The position numbers and the translations under genes are program-made. DNA of 64,000 nucleotides from Verrucomicrobiales bacterium (GTDB lineage: Bacteria; Verrucomicrobiota; Verrucomicrobiia; Limisphaerales; UBA1100), in contig JAYOSV010000001.1 of assembly GCA_038139415.1 (NCBI GenBank), positions 187,225-251,224 of the forward strand, in the 5' to 3' direction. Positions within the stretch are counted from its first letter, which is position 1, and every line of letters begins with the position of its first letter. Below, piece by piece: positions 10,028 through 19,387 of this stretch. The notes under the pieces are model-generated. The model was not told the DNA's origin and searched no databases. It saw only the letters and a program-made list of their open reading frames with translations.

Positions 10028-10834
10028 ATGGAAACCTTTTACGATACCCACGCGCACCTGACTTTTCCGGATTTTGCGAATGATATTCCCGCGCTATTGG
10101 AGCGCGCGCAGGCGGCCGGGATCACGAGGGTGATCTCCATTGGCACAGACTTGACAAGCAGCCGCCAAGCAGTGGCCTTGGCCGAGGCACACGAGGAGGT
10201 GTATGCGGTGGTGGGATGGCATCCCAATGATTTGGAGTCGGCCCCGGATGATGTGCGCCCAGAGCTGCGCCCTTTATGTGAACACCCGAAAGTGGTGGCG
10301 GTGGGGGAAACTGGGGTTGACCATTATCGCCTGCCCAGCAGTCAGGGCGGTTCGGCCGAGGACGATGCCCGTTGGAGGGAAAAACAGGAAACGGTCTTTC
10401 GTCAGCAATTGGAGTTGGCGGAGGAATTTCAAATGAACGTGGTGATCCATCAGCGAGTGGCATTGGAACCGACGATGGCGATTTTTGAAGAATTCGCTGC
10501 CCGTGTGCGAGGACAGTTTCATTGTTTTGTGGACGATGTAACCAGCATGAGACGGGTGATCGATTTGGGCTCGCTGGTGAGCTTTACCGGGATTGCCACT
10601 TTCAAAAACGCGCAGGAAGTGCGCGACACCTTGGCGGCCACACCGTTGGAAAAACTCATGCTGGAGACCGACAGCCCGTTCCTAGCCCCCATGCCCCATC
10701 GCGGCAAGCGATGCGAACCGGCGTTCACCCGGCACACCGCCGAGCGAGTGGCAGAAGTGAAAGCCGTGAGCTTGGCGGAACTCAGCGCGGCGACCTGCGC
10801 GACCGCCCATGCATTTTTCCCCAAGCTTGGTTAG
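10028..10834 (+). CDS. tatD: TatD family hydrolase
   Basis: DTHAH, VGWHP, AVGETGVD and LETDSPFLAP motifs. Confidence 0.93.
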   Translation: METFYDTHAHLTFPDFANDIPALLERAQAAGITRVISIGTDLTSSRQAVALAEAHEEVYAVVGWHPNDLESAPDDVRPELRPLCEHPKVVAVGETGVDHYRLPSSQGGSAEDDARWREKQETVFRQQLELAEEFQMNVVIHQRVALEPTMAIFEEFAARVRGQFHCFVDDVTSMRRVIDLGSLVSFTGIATFKNAQEVRDTLAATPLEKLMLETDSPFLAPMPHRGKRCEPAFTRHTAERVAEVKAVSLAELSAATCATAHAFFPKLG

Positions 10835-11649
10835 CGTAACCAAGCGGCCAATTGCGTGTGCCGCAGAGCAAAGCTAAGACCGTACATTAGGCCGAGCGCG
10901 AGAAACGGAGCGAGATCCACCTTGCCCACCACCAATGGCAAGCACGACAGGGGCGTCAGTAATCGCTTGCCTGAGGCATCGACATTTTTCCATAAAACCT
11001 GTTCGCCGAAATACACAAACGAATTCAGCAAATAAAGGATCAGCACACCCATGGCGAGATACACCGCCGCACGCATGTCCAGCGCCATCAAGGCCGGGAG
11101 GTGTTGGGCGAAGGCGGCCGATTCACTGCGTACATCCACACGGCTCATCCATTCAGCCTCGATCAGGTGCACGCCGACGGACAACATGATGGCGACCAGC
11201 CAGAGGATCACGGCCGGTAAGCCGCCCAGCCAACCAAACTGGGCGCGCAAAAAGGAGCGCCACATTTTTGCTGTGTCCGCTTTTGGCTTAATGGTCGCAA
11301 GCAAAGCCCAGCAAAAATACAACGCCGCCAGCCAGCGCATAAAACTTAGTGCGGAATAAGCCAGAGCTCGCGGGAAGAAGTCGCTTCGGAAATGTGGTGA
11401 TTCATGGAGTAAAGGCAGGGAAGGGATCCAGTCCAAGCCGGGGCCGAATTGATGGTAAAAAACGGCCCGCAACACAAGCAGCCCCACCAGCGCCAGTAGG
11501 TACACCCACGAGTGTTTGAAAATGGTGCCCTGTCGTGGCGCGGGACCGACGATATGGTTGGCCGGTTTGGGGCGGACCATCGTGCCTGCGCGCCAGAGAA
11601 TCCAGAACAGCAGGCCGATGAGGTTTAGGATGCCGTGCAGCCAATCCAT
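10831..11649 (-). CDS. Membrane protein with a C-terminal YggT-like domain
   Basis: Several TM segments; C-terminal LLTPL...VGKVDLAPFLAL resembles the YggT P...DxSP motif. Confidence 0.55.
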   Translation of the reverse strand: MDWLHGILNLIGLLFWILWRAGTMVRPKPANHIVGPAPRQGTIFKHSWVYLLALVGLLVLRAVFYHQFGPGLDWIPSLPLLHESPHFRSDFFPRALAYSALSFMRWLAALYFCWALLATIKPKADTAKMWRSFLRAQFGWLGGLPAVILWLVAIMLSVGVHLIEAEWMSRVDVRSESAAFAQHLPALMALDMRAAVYLAMGVLILYLLNSFVYFGEQVLWKNVDASGKRLLTPLSCLPLVVGKVDLAPFLALGLMYGLSFALRHTQLAAWLR

Positions 11650-11663
11650 CCGCAGCCGATGGA

Positions 11664-12554
11664 CTACATCATTTTCAGCAGTGTGTCAGCCATTTCTGAT
11701 GGTGTCTCGGCGATGCCGATGCCTGCATCACGAAAGGCTTCCTTCTTGGCTTCGGCCGTGCCTTTCCCGCCGCTGACGATTGCGCCGGCATGGCCCATGC
11801 GGCGGCCGGGAGGCGCCGTGGCGCCGGCGATAAACCCGGCGATGGGTTTGGAGCAGTTGTCCTTGGCCCAAGCGGCGGCTTCTTCTTCAGCGGTGCCGCC
11901 GATTTCGCCGATCATGATGATGCCTTCGGTTTCCGGATCGTCATTGAACATCTTGAGTACGTCCAGATGGGTCATGCCCGGCACGGGATCACCACCGATA
12001 CCGACGCAGGTGGATTGGCCGACGCCTGCGCTGGTGAGTTGCCAAACCGCTTCGTAGGTAAGCGTGCCGCTGCGAGAGACGACACCGATATTGCCTTTCT
12101 TGTGAATGTACCCAGGCGCAATGCCGATGCGGCAGCCACCGTGGGATTGATCGCCTTCGCCGGGGGTCACGATGCCGGGACAGTTGGGGCCGATCAGCTT
12201 GGTGTCACTGGCGTCCAAGACTTTTTTTACGCTCAACATGTCTCGTACCGGAATACCCTCGGTAATGGCCACGACCAGTTCGAGGCCGGCATCAATGCCT
12301 TCGAGGATGGCGTCGGCGGCGAACGGTGGGGGTACGAAGATGGCACTCGCGGTGGCACCGGTCTTGGCGACGGCCTCGGTCACGCTGTCGTAAATCGGCA
12401 CGGTGTCGGAAAAGGTTTGCCCGCCTTTGCCGGGGGTAACGCCGGCGACGAGTTGAGAGCCGTAGTCGAGGCTTAGCTGGGCGTGCCGACCGCCGAAGCC
12501 GCCGGTGATGCCTTGAACGAGAAACTTGGTTTCAGGAGTAACAAGAATGGACAT
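11664..12554 (-). CDS. sucD: Succinyl-CoA synthetase alpha subunit
   Basis: [15 protein letters not shown] and RMGHAGA phosphohistidine motif. Confidence 0.97.
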   Translation of the reverse strand: MSILVTPETKFLVQGITGGFGGRHAQLSLDYGSQLVAGVTPGKGGQTFSDTVPIYDSVTEAVAKTGATASAIFVPPPFAADAILEGIDAGLELVVAITEGIPVRDMLSVKKVLDASDTKLIGPNCPGIVTPGEGDQSHGGCRIGIAPGYIHKKGNIGVVSRSGTLTYEAVWQLTSAGVGQSTCVGIGGDPVPGMTHLDVLKMFNDDPETEGIIMIGEIGGTAEEEAAAWAKDNCSKPIAGFIAGATAPPGRRMGHAGAIVSGGKGTAEAKKEAFRDAGIGIAETPSEMADTLLKMM

Positions 12555-12563
12555 GGTAAGAAA

Positions 12564-13766
12564 TTATTTGGCGGCTTCGACGGATTTCTGTGCGGCCTCA
12601 GCGAGGCTGCTGGCAGTGATGAGGGCGAGCCCGGAATCGGCCAGTGTTTGTCGGCCAGCTTCGACGTTGTTGCCTTCGAGGCGCACAACGAGCGGGAGTT
12701 TGAGGTCGGTTTCCTTGGCAGCAGCCACAACGCCTTCGGCGATGGTGTTGCAGTTCATGATGCCGCCGAAAATGTTGATGAGAATGGCCTCGACCGAGGG
12801 ATCGCTCAGGATGATTTCAAAAGCGGCTTTCACCTGCTCCTGAGTGGCGCCACCGCCGACATCGAGGAAGTTGGCCGGGTCGCCGCCGTAATATTTGATG
12901 GCGTCCATAGTGGACATCGCGAGGCCGGCGCCGTTGACAAGACAGGCAATGTTGCCGTCGAGCTTGATGTAGTTCAGGTCGAACTTGCCGGCTTCGACCT
13001 CCAGCGGATCCTCCTCGGTCAGGTCGCGCATCTCGGCGATGTCCGCGTGGCGGAACATGGCGTTGGAATCGATGGACATCTTGGCGTCCAGCGCCACCAC
13101 GGCCTCGGTGCCGTCTTCATTTTCAATGAGCGCCAGCGGGTTGACTTCCACCATGGAAGCATCACAACCAGCCCAGGTAGCGTAGAGGCCCTGCAACAAT
13201 CGGCCGCATTGGCCAATGAGCTTGCCGCGCAGGCCGAGGGCGATGGCGATCTTGCGGCCCTGATAAGCCTGCAGGCCGAGATCGGGATCCACGGTTTCCT
13301 TGATGATCTTTTCGGGGGTGGCTTCGGCCACTTCCTCGATATCCACGCCGCCCTCGGAGCTGGCCATGATGATCGGCTTGCCCAGCGCGCGGTCCAGCAG
13401 CACGGCGCAGTAAAATTCGCTCTTAATTTCCTGGCAGGACGTGATGAGCAGGCGGTTGACCTGCTTGCCTTCCTCGCCGGTTTGCTTGGTGACGAGTACA
13501 TTGCCGAACATCGCCTCCGCTTTGGCGGTGGCATCCTCCACGCTGTCGGCCAAGTGCACGCCGCCCTGGAAGCCGTTCTTAAACGTGCCTTTGCCTCGGC
13601 CGCCGGCGTGGATTTGGCTTTTCACCACCACGCGTTGATGGCCTTCGCCAAATAGTTTTTCGATTGCCGCCTTGGCTTCCTCAACCGAGGTGGCCGGTTC
13701 GCCGGCGGGGACTGGCACGCCGTGGCGCCGCATAAGTTCCTTGGCCTGATATTCGTGAAGATTCAT
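12564..13766 (-). CDS. sucC: Succinyl-CoA synthetase beta subunit
   Basis: MNLHEYQAK start, HAGGRGK, VNGAGLAM and ANFLDVGGG. Confidence 0.97.
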   Translation of the reverse strand: MNLHEYQAKELMRRHGVPVPAGEPATSVEEAKAAIEKLFGEGHQRVVVKSQIHAGGRGKGTFKNGFQGGVHLADSVEDATAKAEAMFGNVLVTKQTGEEGKQVNRLLITSCQEIKSEFYCAVLLDRALGKPIIMASSEGGVDIEEVAEATPEKIIKETVDPDLGLQAYQGRKIAIALGLRGKLIGQCGRLLQGLYATWAGCDASMVEVNPLALIENEDGTEAVVALDAKMSIDSNAMFRHADIAEMRDLTEEDPLEVEAGKFDLNYIKLDGNIACLVNGAGLAMSTMDAIKYYGGDPANFLDVGGGATQEQVKAAFEIILSDPSVEAILINIFGGIMNCNTIAEGVVAAAKETDLKLPLVVRLEGNNVEAGRQTLADSGLALITASSLAEAAQKSVEAAK

Positions 13767-13770
13767 GGAT

Positions 13771-13807
13771 AAAAAATCGGAGCCCCTGTCTTGCGGCAAG
13801 GGCTCCG
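13771..13807 (-). terminator. Terminator-like hairpin between gltA and sucC
   Basis: CGGAGCCC...GGGCTCCG stem followed on the minus strand by ATTTTTT, ending 4 nt before the sucC ATG. Confidence 0.55.
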
Positions 13808-13845
13808 GTCGTTCAAGAAATTTGTGCGCTTTTTATCGCCTGCCG

Positions 13846-14988
13846 CTAACGGTCACCGAGCGGCACCCACGGTTTGCCTTCGTCGCCGGCGTACTGGGCG
13901 CGCGGCCGGATGAGGCGGTTGCCGTCCAGATGCTCGATCATGTGGGCGGTCCAACCGGCCGTCCGCGCGATGGCGAAGATGGGTGTGAACAGGTCGGTGG
14001 GGATATCCAGCGAGTAGTAGACGGTGGCCGAGTAGAAATCGACATTGGCATTGAGATTCTTCTTTTCCAGCATCAACTCGGCTATGCGTTCGCTCATCTG
14101 AATCCATTTCGGCTCGCCGAGTTCCTTAGTAAGCTTCTGGGCCATTCGCTTGAGGTGCGGCGCGCGGGGATCTAGAACGCGATACACGCGGTGCCCAATG
14201 CCCATGATACGCCGCTTGTTGGCAAGGCAATCATCCACGTAAGCATCGACCTTCTCGAGATCGCCGATCTCCTGAAGCATTTTGATGACACCTTCATTGG
14301 CGCCGCCATGTAAGGGGCCCTTGAGCGTGCCGATGGCGCTAGTAACCGCGCTGTACACATCGCTCAAGGTGGCGATGGTGACACGGCCGCTGAAGGTGGA
14401 GGCGTTGAACCCGTGGTCGGCATGGAGGATGTAGCAGATATCCATCGTGCGTTCCATGTCTTCACTGGGTTTATTACCGGTGATGAGCCAAATGAAATTG
14501 GCGGCTTCGCCGAGGCTGTTGTCCGACTCCAAAATCTCCTTGCCCTGGCGCAGGCGATGGAAGGCGGCAACGATCACCGGCACTTGCGCGATGATCTGAA
14601 TGGATTTTTTCCGGACCGCCTCAAGGTCATCCTGTGTCTCGGCCTCGGAATCAAAGCAACCCAGAGCACTGACGCCGGTGCGGAGGGCGTGCATCGGAGA
14701 GGTGTCTTTCGGCAGGGCCTTGAGCACATCAATCACGCCTCCGGGCAGGTTGCGGCTGGCGCAGAATTCTGCCTTGAGCGCGGCAAGTTCGTCGGCGTCG
14801 GGCAAATGGCCGCGATGCAGCAGGTGCACCACTTCCTCGAAGGTCGCCTTCTCGGCGAGGTCGTTGATGTTGTAGCCGCAATAGATCAGTTCACCGATCT
14901 CACCACGGACATCGCTCAGGTTGGTCTCCGCGGCCACCACGGCTGCCATGCCCTTGTCGATGGAATTTGCAGATTCGCTCATAGTCAT
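13846..14988 (-). CDS. gltA: Citrate synthase (short type II / 2-methylcitrate synthase-like)
   Basis: HADHGFNAST, GPLHGGANE, MGIGHRVY and ANVDFYS motifs. Confidence 0.93.
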   Translation of the reverse strand: MTMSESANSIDKGMAAVVAAETNLSDVRGEIGELIYCGYNINDLAEKATFEEVVHLLHRGHLPDADELAALKAEFCASRNLPGGVIDVLKALPKDTSPMHALRTGVSALGCFDSEAETQDDLEAVRKKSIQIIAQVPVIVAAFHRLRQGKEILESDNSLGEAANFIWLITGNKPSEDMERTMDICYILHADHGFNASTFSGRVTIATLSDVYSAVTSAIGTLKGPLHGGANEGVIKMLQEIGDLEKVDAYVDDCLANKRRIMGIGHRVYRVLDPRAPHLKRMAQKLTKELGEPKWIQMSERIAELMLEKKNLNANVDFYSATVYYSLDIPTDLFTPIFAIARTAGWTAHMIEHLDGNRLIRPRAQYAGDEGKPWVPLGDR

Positions 14989-15025
14989 AGCTCAAAAAGC
15001 CCGGCCAGTGGGGTTAAGGCCGAGC

Positions 15026-15054
15026 AATTTAAGGAAGCGGGAATCGCCGGTCAA
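15026..15054 (-). promoter_or_regulatory. Putative sigma70 promoter of gltA
   Basis: Minus strand TTGACC-17 nt-TAAATT. Confidence 0.6.
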
Positions 15055-15131
15055 GCCTTGGCATTCGTCACGCCGGTTGTGAAGGCATTTACCTTGTGCC
15101 GGGCCGTTGGGCGACGGCAGCATTCGCGGCC

Positions 15132-15941
15132 ATGAATCCTGCCGCCCAGCCTATTGGAGTTTTTGATTCCGGGATCGGCGGGTTGACCGTGGTACGGCAG
15201 ATGCAAAGGCTGTTGCCGCATGAACAGATCATCTATTTGGGCGACACCGCCCGCGTACCATACGGCACCAAAAGCGCGGAAACGGTGACGCGCTTTGCTT
15301 GCGAAGATGCCGCCTTTCTGGTGGCGCAAGGAGTCAAGGCGTTGGTGGTAGCGTGCAACAGCGCCAGCGCCAGTGCGCTGCCTGAACTGGGAGAGCGCTT
15401 TTCGTTACCGACCTTTGGTGTGATTTTGCCCGGGGCCATTGCCGCCAATGAAGCCACTCGCAACGGGCACATTGGCGTGATCGGTACGCAGGCCACCATT
15501 CGCAGCGGTGCTTATGAGCGGTTGGTGGGCGAATTAAATAGCGAACTGCGCGTGACCAGTCGGTCCTGTCCGTTACTGGTGCCATTGGTGGAGGAAGGGT
15601 GGCTGGATCATGAGGTGACCGATGCCGTGCTACGGGAATATCTGATGCCCATGCTGGAAAGCGGCGTGGATACGCTGGTATTGGGGTGCACACATTATCC
15701 ATTGCTCAAGGAATCCATCGCCCGCGTGACCGGACCGGAGGTGGCGCTGGTGGATTCCGCTGAAACGTGTGCGGCGTTTGTGCAGCGGGAATTGCAATGG
15801 CATCATCTGTTGGCCACCGAAGGAGAGGGGTGCGTGCGGATTCATGTGACTGACGAGATGGAGCGTGTGAGCGAAATGGCCGGCCGGTTTCTCGGTGGAC
15901 CCTCGAATGCTGTGCAGCAGGTGGAGCTAGGGGCGTTGTGA
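15132..15941 (+). CDS. murI: Glutamate racemase
   Basis: FDSGIGGLTV, VPYG, ACNSA and LGCTHYP catalytic cysteines. Confidence 0.96.
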   Translation: MNPAAQPIGVFDSGIGGLTVVRQMQRLLPHEQIIYLGDTARVPYGTKSAETVTRFACEDAAFLVAQGVKALVVACNSASASALPELGERFSLPTFGVILPGAIAANEATRNGHIGVIGTQATIRSGAYERLVGELNSELRVTSRSCPLLVPLVEEGWLDHEVTDAVLREYLMPMLESGVDTLVLGCTHYPLLKESIARVTGPEVALVDSAETCAAFVQRELQWHHLLATEGEGCVRIHVTDEMERVSEMAGRFLGGPSNAVQQVELGAL

Positions 15942-16601
15942 GTTTCGCACGGTGCGGTAGGTCAGGAAGATTTCGTCTGCCACCTGTTTGCGCGTGTGCA
16001 GCTTGAATTGAGCGGCATCATCCAGCTGATCGAAACCGATGCCGTCGGCAATGGTGGGCGCATCCTGACCGCCGAGAATCAGCGGGCAGATTGTGAGGTT
16101 CACCTCATCCACCACTCCGGCGCGGAGTAGGGAATCATTGAGGCGTCCACCGCCTTCACAGAGCACGCGTTTCACGCCGTGATGTTCGTGCAGGAATTCA
16201 AAGGCGGCCTCGAAATCCACGTTGTTGGCGCCGCAGACATGGACGGCATCGGCGGCTTGCTTCAGTTCCTTCAACCGGCGGGCAAGAATCCGTTCGCTGG
16301 TCAGCACGATGACCGGTGCGCCGGGTGTACGAAAGATGGTATGCTGCGCATTCACCTGCCCGCTGCCGCTGACGATGACTCGCACCGGCGCGGATTTCTG
16401 CTTAGGCGCGGGGCCCAAAGTGATATTGGGTTGAGCGTTGAGCGTGCCGGCACCGGTAAGTATGGCATCTGCCTTGGCGCGTAATTCCAGCAGGCGTTGG
16501 TGGTCGGAGCGACTGCCAAATGTGGTGACCTTGCGGTTTGTGCTGGCGATTTTGCCATCGGCAGTCATCGCCATGTTGATGAACACAAACGGCCGCTTCA
16601 T
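15927..16601 (-). CDS. RibD C-terminal reductase-domain protein (pyrimidine reductase/DHFR-like)
   Basis: AMTADGKI, LRAKADAILTGAGT and CEGGGRL; no deaminase domain. Confidence 0.85.
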   Translation of the reverse strand: MKRPFVFINMAMTADGKIASTNRKVTTFGSRSDHQRLLELRAKADAILTGAGTLNAQPNITLGPAPKQKSAPVRVIVSGSGQVNAQHTIFRTPGAPVIVLTSERILARRLKELKQAADAVHVCGANNVDFEAAFEFLHEHHGVKRVLCEGGGRLNDSLLRAGVVDEVNLTICPLILGGQDAPTIADGIGFDQLDDAAQFKLHTRKQVADEIFLTYRTVRNSQRP

Positions 16602-17716
16602 GTGATCAGCATCGCATCGCCGTAGCTGAAGAAGCGATATTTTTCGCGGACTGCCTCGGCGTAGGTTTCGAGCATCAACTCGCGGCCATCCAATGCGCCC
16701 GGAGAGGCAAAGGCGCTCACGAGCATAAGCAGGGTGGATTGAGGTAGGTGGAAATTGGTGATTAACGCATCCACCACCGCAAACGGGCGCGGCGGATAAA
16801 TGAAAATGGCCGTGTTGCCGCTGGTGGTAGTAAGCGGGAGGGATTGTTCGGCGACACTTTCCAGTACACGCACAGTGGTGGTGCCCACGGCGATGACACG
16901 GCGGCCTTCAGCCTTGGCGAGGTTGATGGCCTCAGCGGTGGCGGGAGGCAGCGTGTAGCGTTCGGTGTGCATGGCATGCTCTCCCAAAGCCTCCGCCTTA
17001 ACCGGAGCAAAGGTGCCGAGCCCGACGTGCAGGGTGACGGTGTGGGTTTCAACGCCCTGCGATCGGATTTGGTCCAGCAACGGTTCCGTGAAATGAAGCC
17101 CGGCGGTGGGTGCGGCGACGGAGCCGGCGGGATCGGCATAGACAGTTTGATACCGCTCTGTATCGGCCACGGATTGGCCAAAAGCTTCGCGTCGGATGTA
17201 AGGCGGCAACGGCATTTCGCCGAGCGAGTCGAGGGTGTCCAGTAGATCCTCCGTGCCTTCAAAGCGAACACGCGCGTGGCCGGCTTCATTTTTTTCCAGC
17301 ACCTCTGCAGTCAGGGGCGTGGGTTGCCCGTGACGATCGGCGAGGGCAATGCGCGTGCCGGGCGGGAGCCGTTTACCAGGGCGGGTGAGGCTCCACCACG
17401 TTTGGTCTTCGGCGGGTTCCACGAGCAATAATTCGGCGGCGGCTTTGCCTCCAATTTTTTGGCCGCGTAACCGGGCAGGGATGACGCGGGAATTGTTCAT
17501 CACCAGCACATCACCGGCTCGGAGGAATTGCGGCAAATCGGAAAAATGTTGATGCGAACGGGTGCCGGTGTGGCGATCGGCCACCAGTAAACGCGATCCA
17601 TCCCGCGTTGGGGCAGGGTGCTGGGCTATGAGCTCGGAAGGCAGATCGAAGTCAAAATCCTCTGTTTTTAGTGGTTTCGATGGGTTTTCGCCGCTCACGG
17701 TCGGGGATTGAGCCAT
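16598..17716 (-). CDS. queA: S-adenosylmethionine:tRNA ribosyltransferase-isomerase
   Basis: FDFDLPSELIAQ, PLPPYI, SVAAPTAGLHF and YRFFSYGDAM. Confidence 0.97.
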   Translation of the reverse strand: MAQSPTVSGENPSKPLKTEDFDFDLPSELIAQHPAPTRDGSRLLVADRHTGTRSHQHFSDLPQFLRAGDVLVMNNSRVIPARLRGQKIGGKAAAELLLVEPAEDQTWWSLTRPGKRLPPGTRIALADRHGQPTPLTAEVLEKNEAGHARVRFEGTEDLLDTLDSLGEMPLPPYIRREAFGQSVADTERYQTVYADPAGSVAAPTAGLHFTEPLLDQIRSQGVETHTVTLHVGLGTFAPVKAEALGEHAMHTERYTLPPATAEAINLAKAEGRRVIAVGTTTVRVLESVAEQSLPLTTTSGNTAIFIYPPRPFAVVDALITNFHLPQSTLLMLVSAFASPGALDGRELMLETYAEAVREKYRFFSYGDAMLIT

Positions 17717-17780
17717 TTTTAGCCGAAAAACGCGAGTCCGAGGTTTTTTGAAAAAAGCCCCATAAAAATGCGCAAAAATG

Positions 17781-17833
17781 TTGACGGGTGTGAAAAAGTG
17801 AGGCTAAAGTGTTGCGTTGTGTGGAGAAGTGGG
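17781..17833 (+). promoter_or_regulatory. dcw promoter overlapped by phased MraZ-box repeats
   Basis: TTGACG (17781) and TAAAGT (17805); GTG cores at 17788, 17798, 17809, 17819 and 17829, three of them as AAGTG. Confidence 0.65.
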
Positions 17834-17855
17834 TTAAATTTGCATCAAGCACACG

Positions 17856-18320
17856 ATGGCAGGAGTAAGCGACAGCATGCCCGTTTATTACAATTCGCTC
17901 TATACCCATGGAGTCGACGGGAAGCGGCGTGTGCAGGTGCCGGCCAAGTGGCGGCCCGAATCGCCGGATGTGGAATTTACGCTCATCGTGTGGCCCAAGT
18001 CACCACACGGCCCGTGTTTGCGCGCTTTGCCGCCGGAGCAGATGTCCAAGCTAATGGAGGACATCAACACCATGAGCAACGACGACCCCAACAAGGTCGT
18101 GCTCAAGCGGTTCATTGGCAGCGAGAGTGTGCAAGTGGCCTTGGATAAGGCTGGACGGATTTGTTTGCCCGAGGCGATGGCGAAGCTGGCGGGCATTAAG
18201 AAGGAAGCGGTGTTGGTCGGATTGCTGGACCGCTTTGAAATTTGGAGCCCAGGCCGCTACGCGGAGGTGCGCAGCGAGGATCAGGTGATGGCCGGTGCGG
18301 CCTTTAGCCTGATGGAATAA
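17856..18320 (+). CDS. mraZ: Transcriptional regulator MraZ
   Basis: Two SpoVT/AbrB repeats (VDGKRRVQVP, LDKAGRICLP) and RFEIW; first gene of dcw. Start may be ATG 17877. Confidence 0.95.
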   Translation: MAGVSDSMPVYYNSLYTHGVDGKRRVQVPAKWRPESPDVEFTLIVWPKSPHGPCLRALPPEQMSKLMEDINTMSNDDPNKVVLKRFIGSESVQVALDKAGRICLPEAMAKLAGIKKEAVLVGLLDRFEIWSPGRYAEVRSEDQVMAGAAFSLME

Positions 18321-18354
18321 CGCTGAACGCGGCAGGGCGGGTAGAGAATTTGGA

Positions 18355-18432
18355 CTGCCATTCCGGCAGACGCCAAGGAGGTGGGAAACGTGTTGGCCGG
18401 GTGAAATATCCCGGCCAACACGGGCCCTTTTT
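18355..18432 (+). promoter_or_regulatory. Structured mraZ-rsmH intergenic RNA (two hairpins around AAGGAGGT)
   Basis: CTGCC-attcc-GGCAG; AAGGAGGT at 18375-18382; perfect 13-bp stem 18389-18422; then GGCCCTTTTT. Confidence 0.5.
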
Positions 18433-18442
18433 AAGAGTTTGC

Positions 18443-19375
18443 ATGGAGGCGATATTTCACCACGTGCCTGTGCTGGCGGCGGAGGTGATTGAAGCGCTCC
18501 GACCCGCGAGCGGTGGACGGTATCTTGACGGCACGCTTGGGGGCGGCGGGCATGCGGAGATAATTTTGAAGGCGAGTTCTCCTGACGGCAAGTTATGGGG
18601 AACGGATCGTGACGAGTGTGCGATCGCGGCGGCGTCCAGTCGTCTGGCAGCATTTGGGGATCGGGTTGAGATCAAGAACGATTCCTATAGTAACGCGGCG
18701 GGTTGGGTTGCCGCGGGCACCTTGGATGGGGTGCTGCTGGACCTGGGCGTTAGCTCGCCTCAATTGGATCAGGCAAATCGCGGGTTCAGCGTGCAGGCTG
18801 ATGGCCCGCTGGATATGCGGATGGATCAGGCCCAAGCCTTGACGGCGGCCGAGGTGGTCAATACCTGGCCGGAGGAGGAATTGGCGACGGTCATTTGGAA
18901 ATACGGTGGTGATCGGGATTCGCGTCGAATTGCCCGAGCCATCGTCCGAGCGCGCGTGGAGGCGCCCTTGGAAACGACGTGCCAATTGGCCAAAGCGGTC
19001 GTTAGTACGAAACGGCGTGGGCGCTATAGGAAGCATCCGGCTGTGCAGGTGTTTCAGGCAATCCGCATCGCGGTGAATGATGAATTGGGCGAATTGACGC
19101 GCGGCATGGAGGGTGCGTTTGGATTGCTCAAGCCGGGCGGTCGGTTGGCGGTGATCACTTTTCATTCGCTGGAAGACCGAATGGTCAAGGAATTTGGTAA
19201 CGAACACGCTCGGGATTATGATGTGCCAGGTGAGGTGGACGTACCAATGTTACGCGTGGACCGCGAGCCGCGTATGCGCTGGGTGAGTCGGAAGTCCATT
19301 CGGCCGACCGATGCGGAACTGAAGGCAAATCCGCGGGCGCGTAGCGCACAGTTGAGAGTGTTGGAGAAGATTTAA
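18443..19375 (+). CDS. rsmH: 16S rRNA m4C1402 methyltransferase
   Basis: HVPVL, DGTLGGGGHA, DLGVSSPQLD, FHSLEDR and NPRARSAQLR. Confidence 0.97.
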   Translation: MEAIFHHVPVLAAEVIEALRPASGGRYLDGTLGGGGHAEIILKASSPDGKLWGTDRDECAIAAASSRLAAFGDRVEIKNDSYSNAAGWVAAGTLDGVLLDLGVSSPQLDQANRGFSVQADGPLDMRMDQAQALTAAEVVNTWPEEELATVIWKYGGDRDSRRIARAIVRARVEAPLETTCQLAKAVVSTKRRGRYRKHPAVQVFQAIRIAVNDELGELTRGMEGAFGLLKPGGRLAVITFHSLEDRMVKEFGNEHARDYDVPGEVDVPMLRVDREPRMRWVSRKSIRPTDAELKANPRARSAQLRVLEKI

Positions 19376-19387
19376 CCCAAGGGAAAT

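Noticed and set aside
12483..13655. 390-aa plus-strand ORF (also 11790-12476 and 14413-15135)
   Set aside because: Antisense shadows of sucC, sucD and gltA
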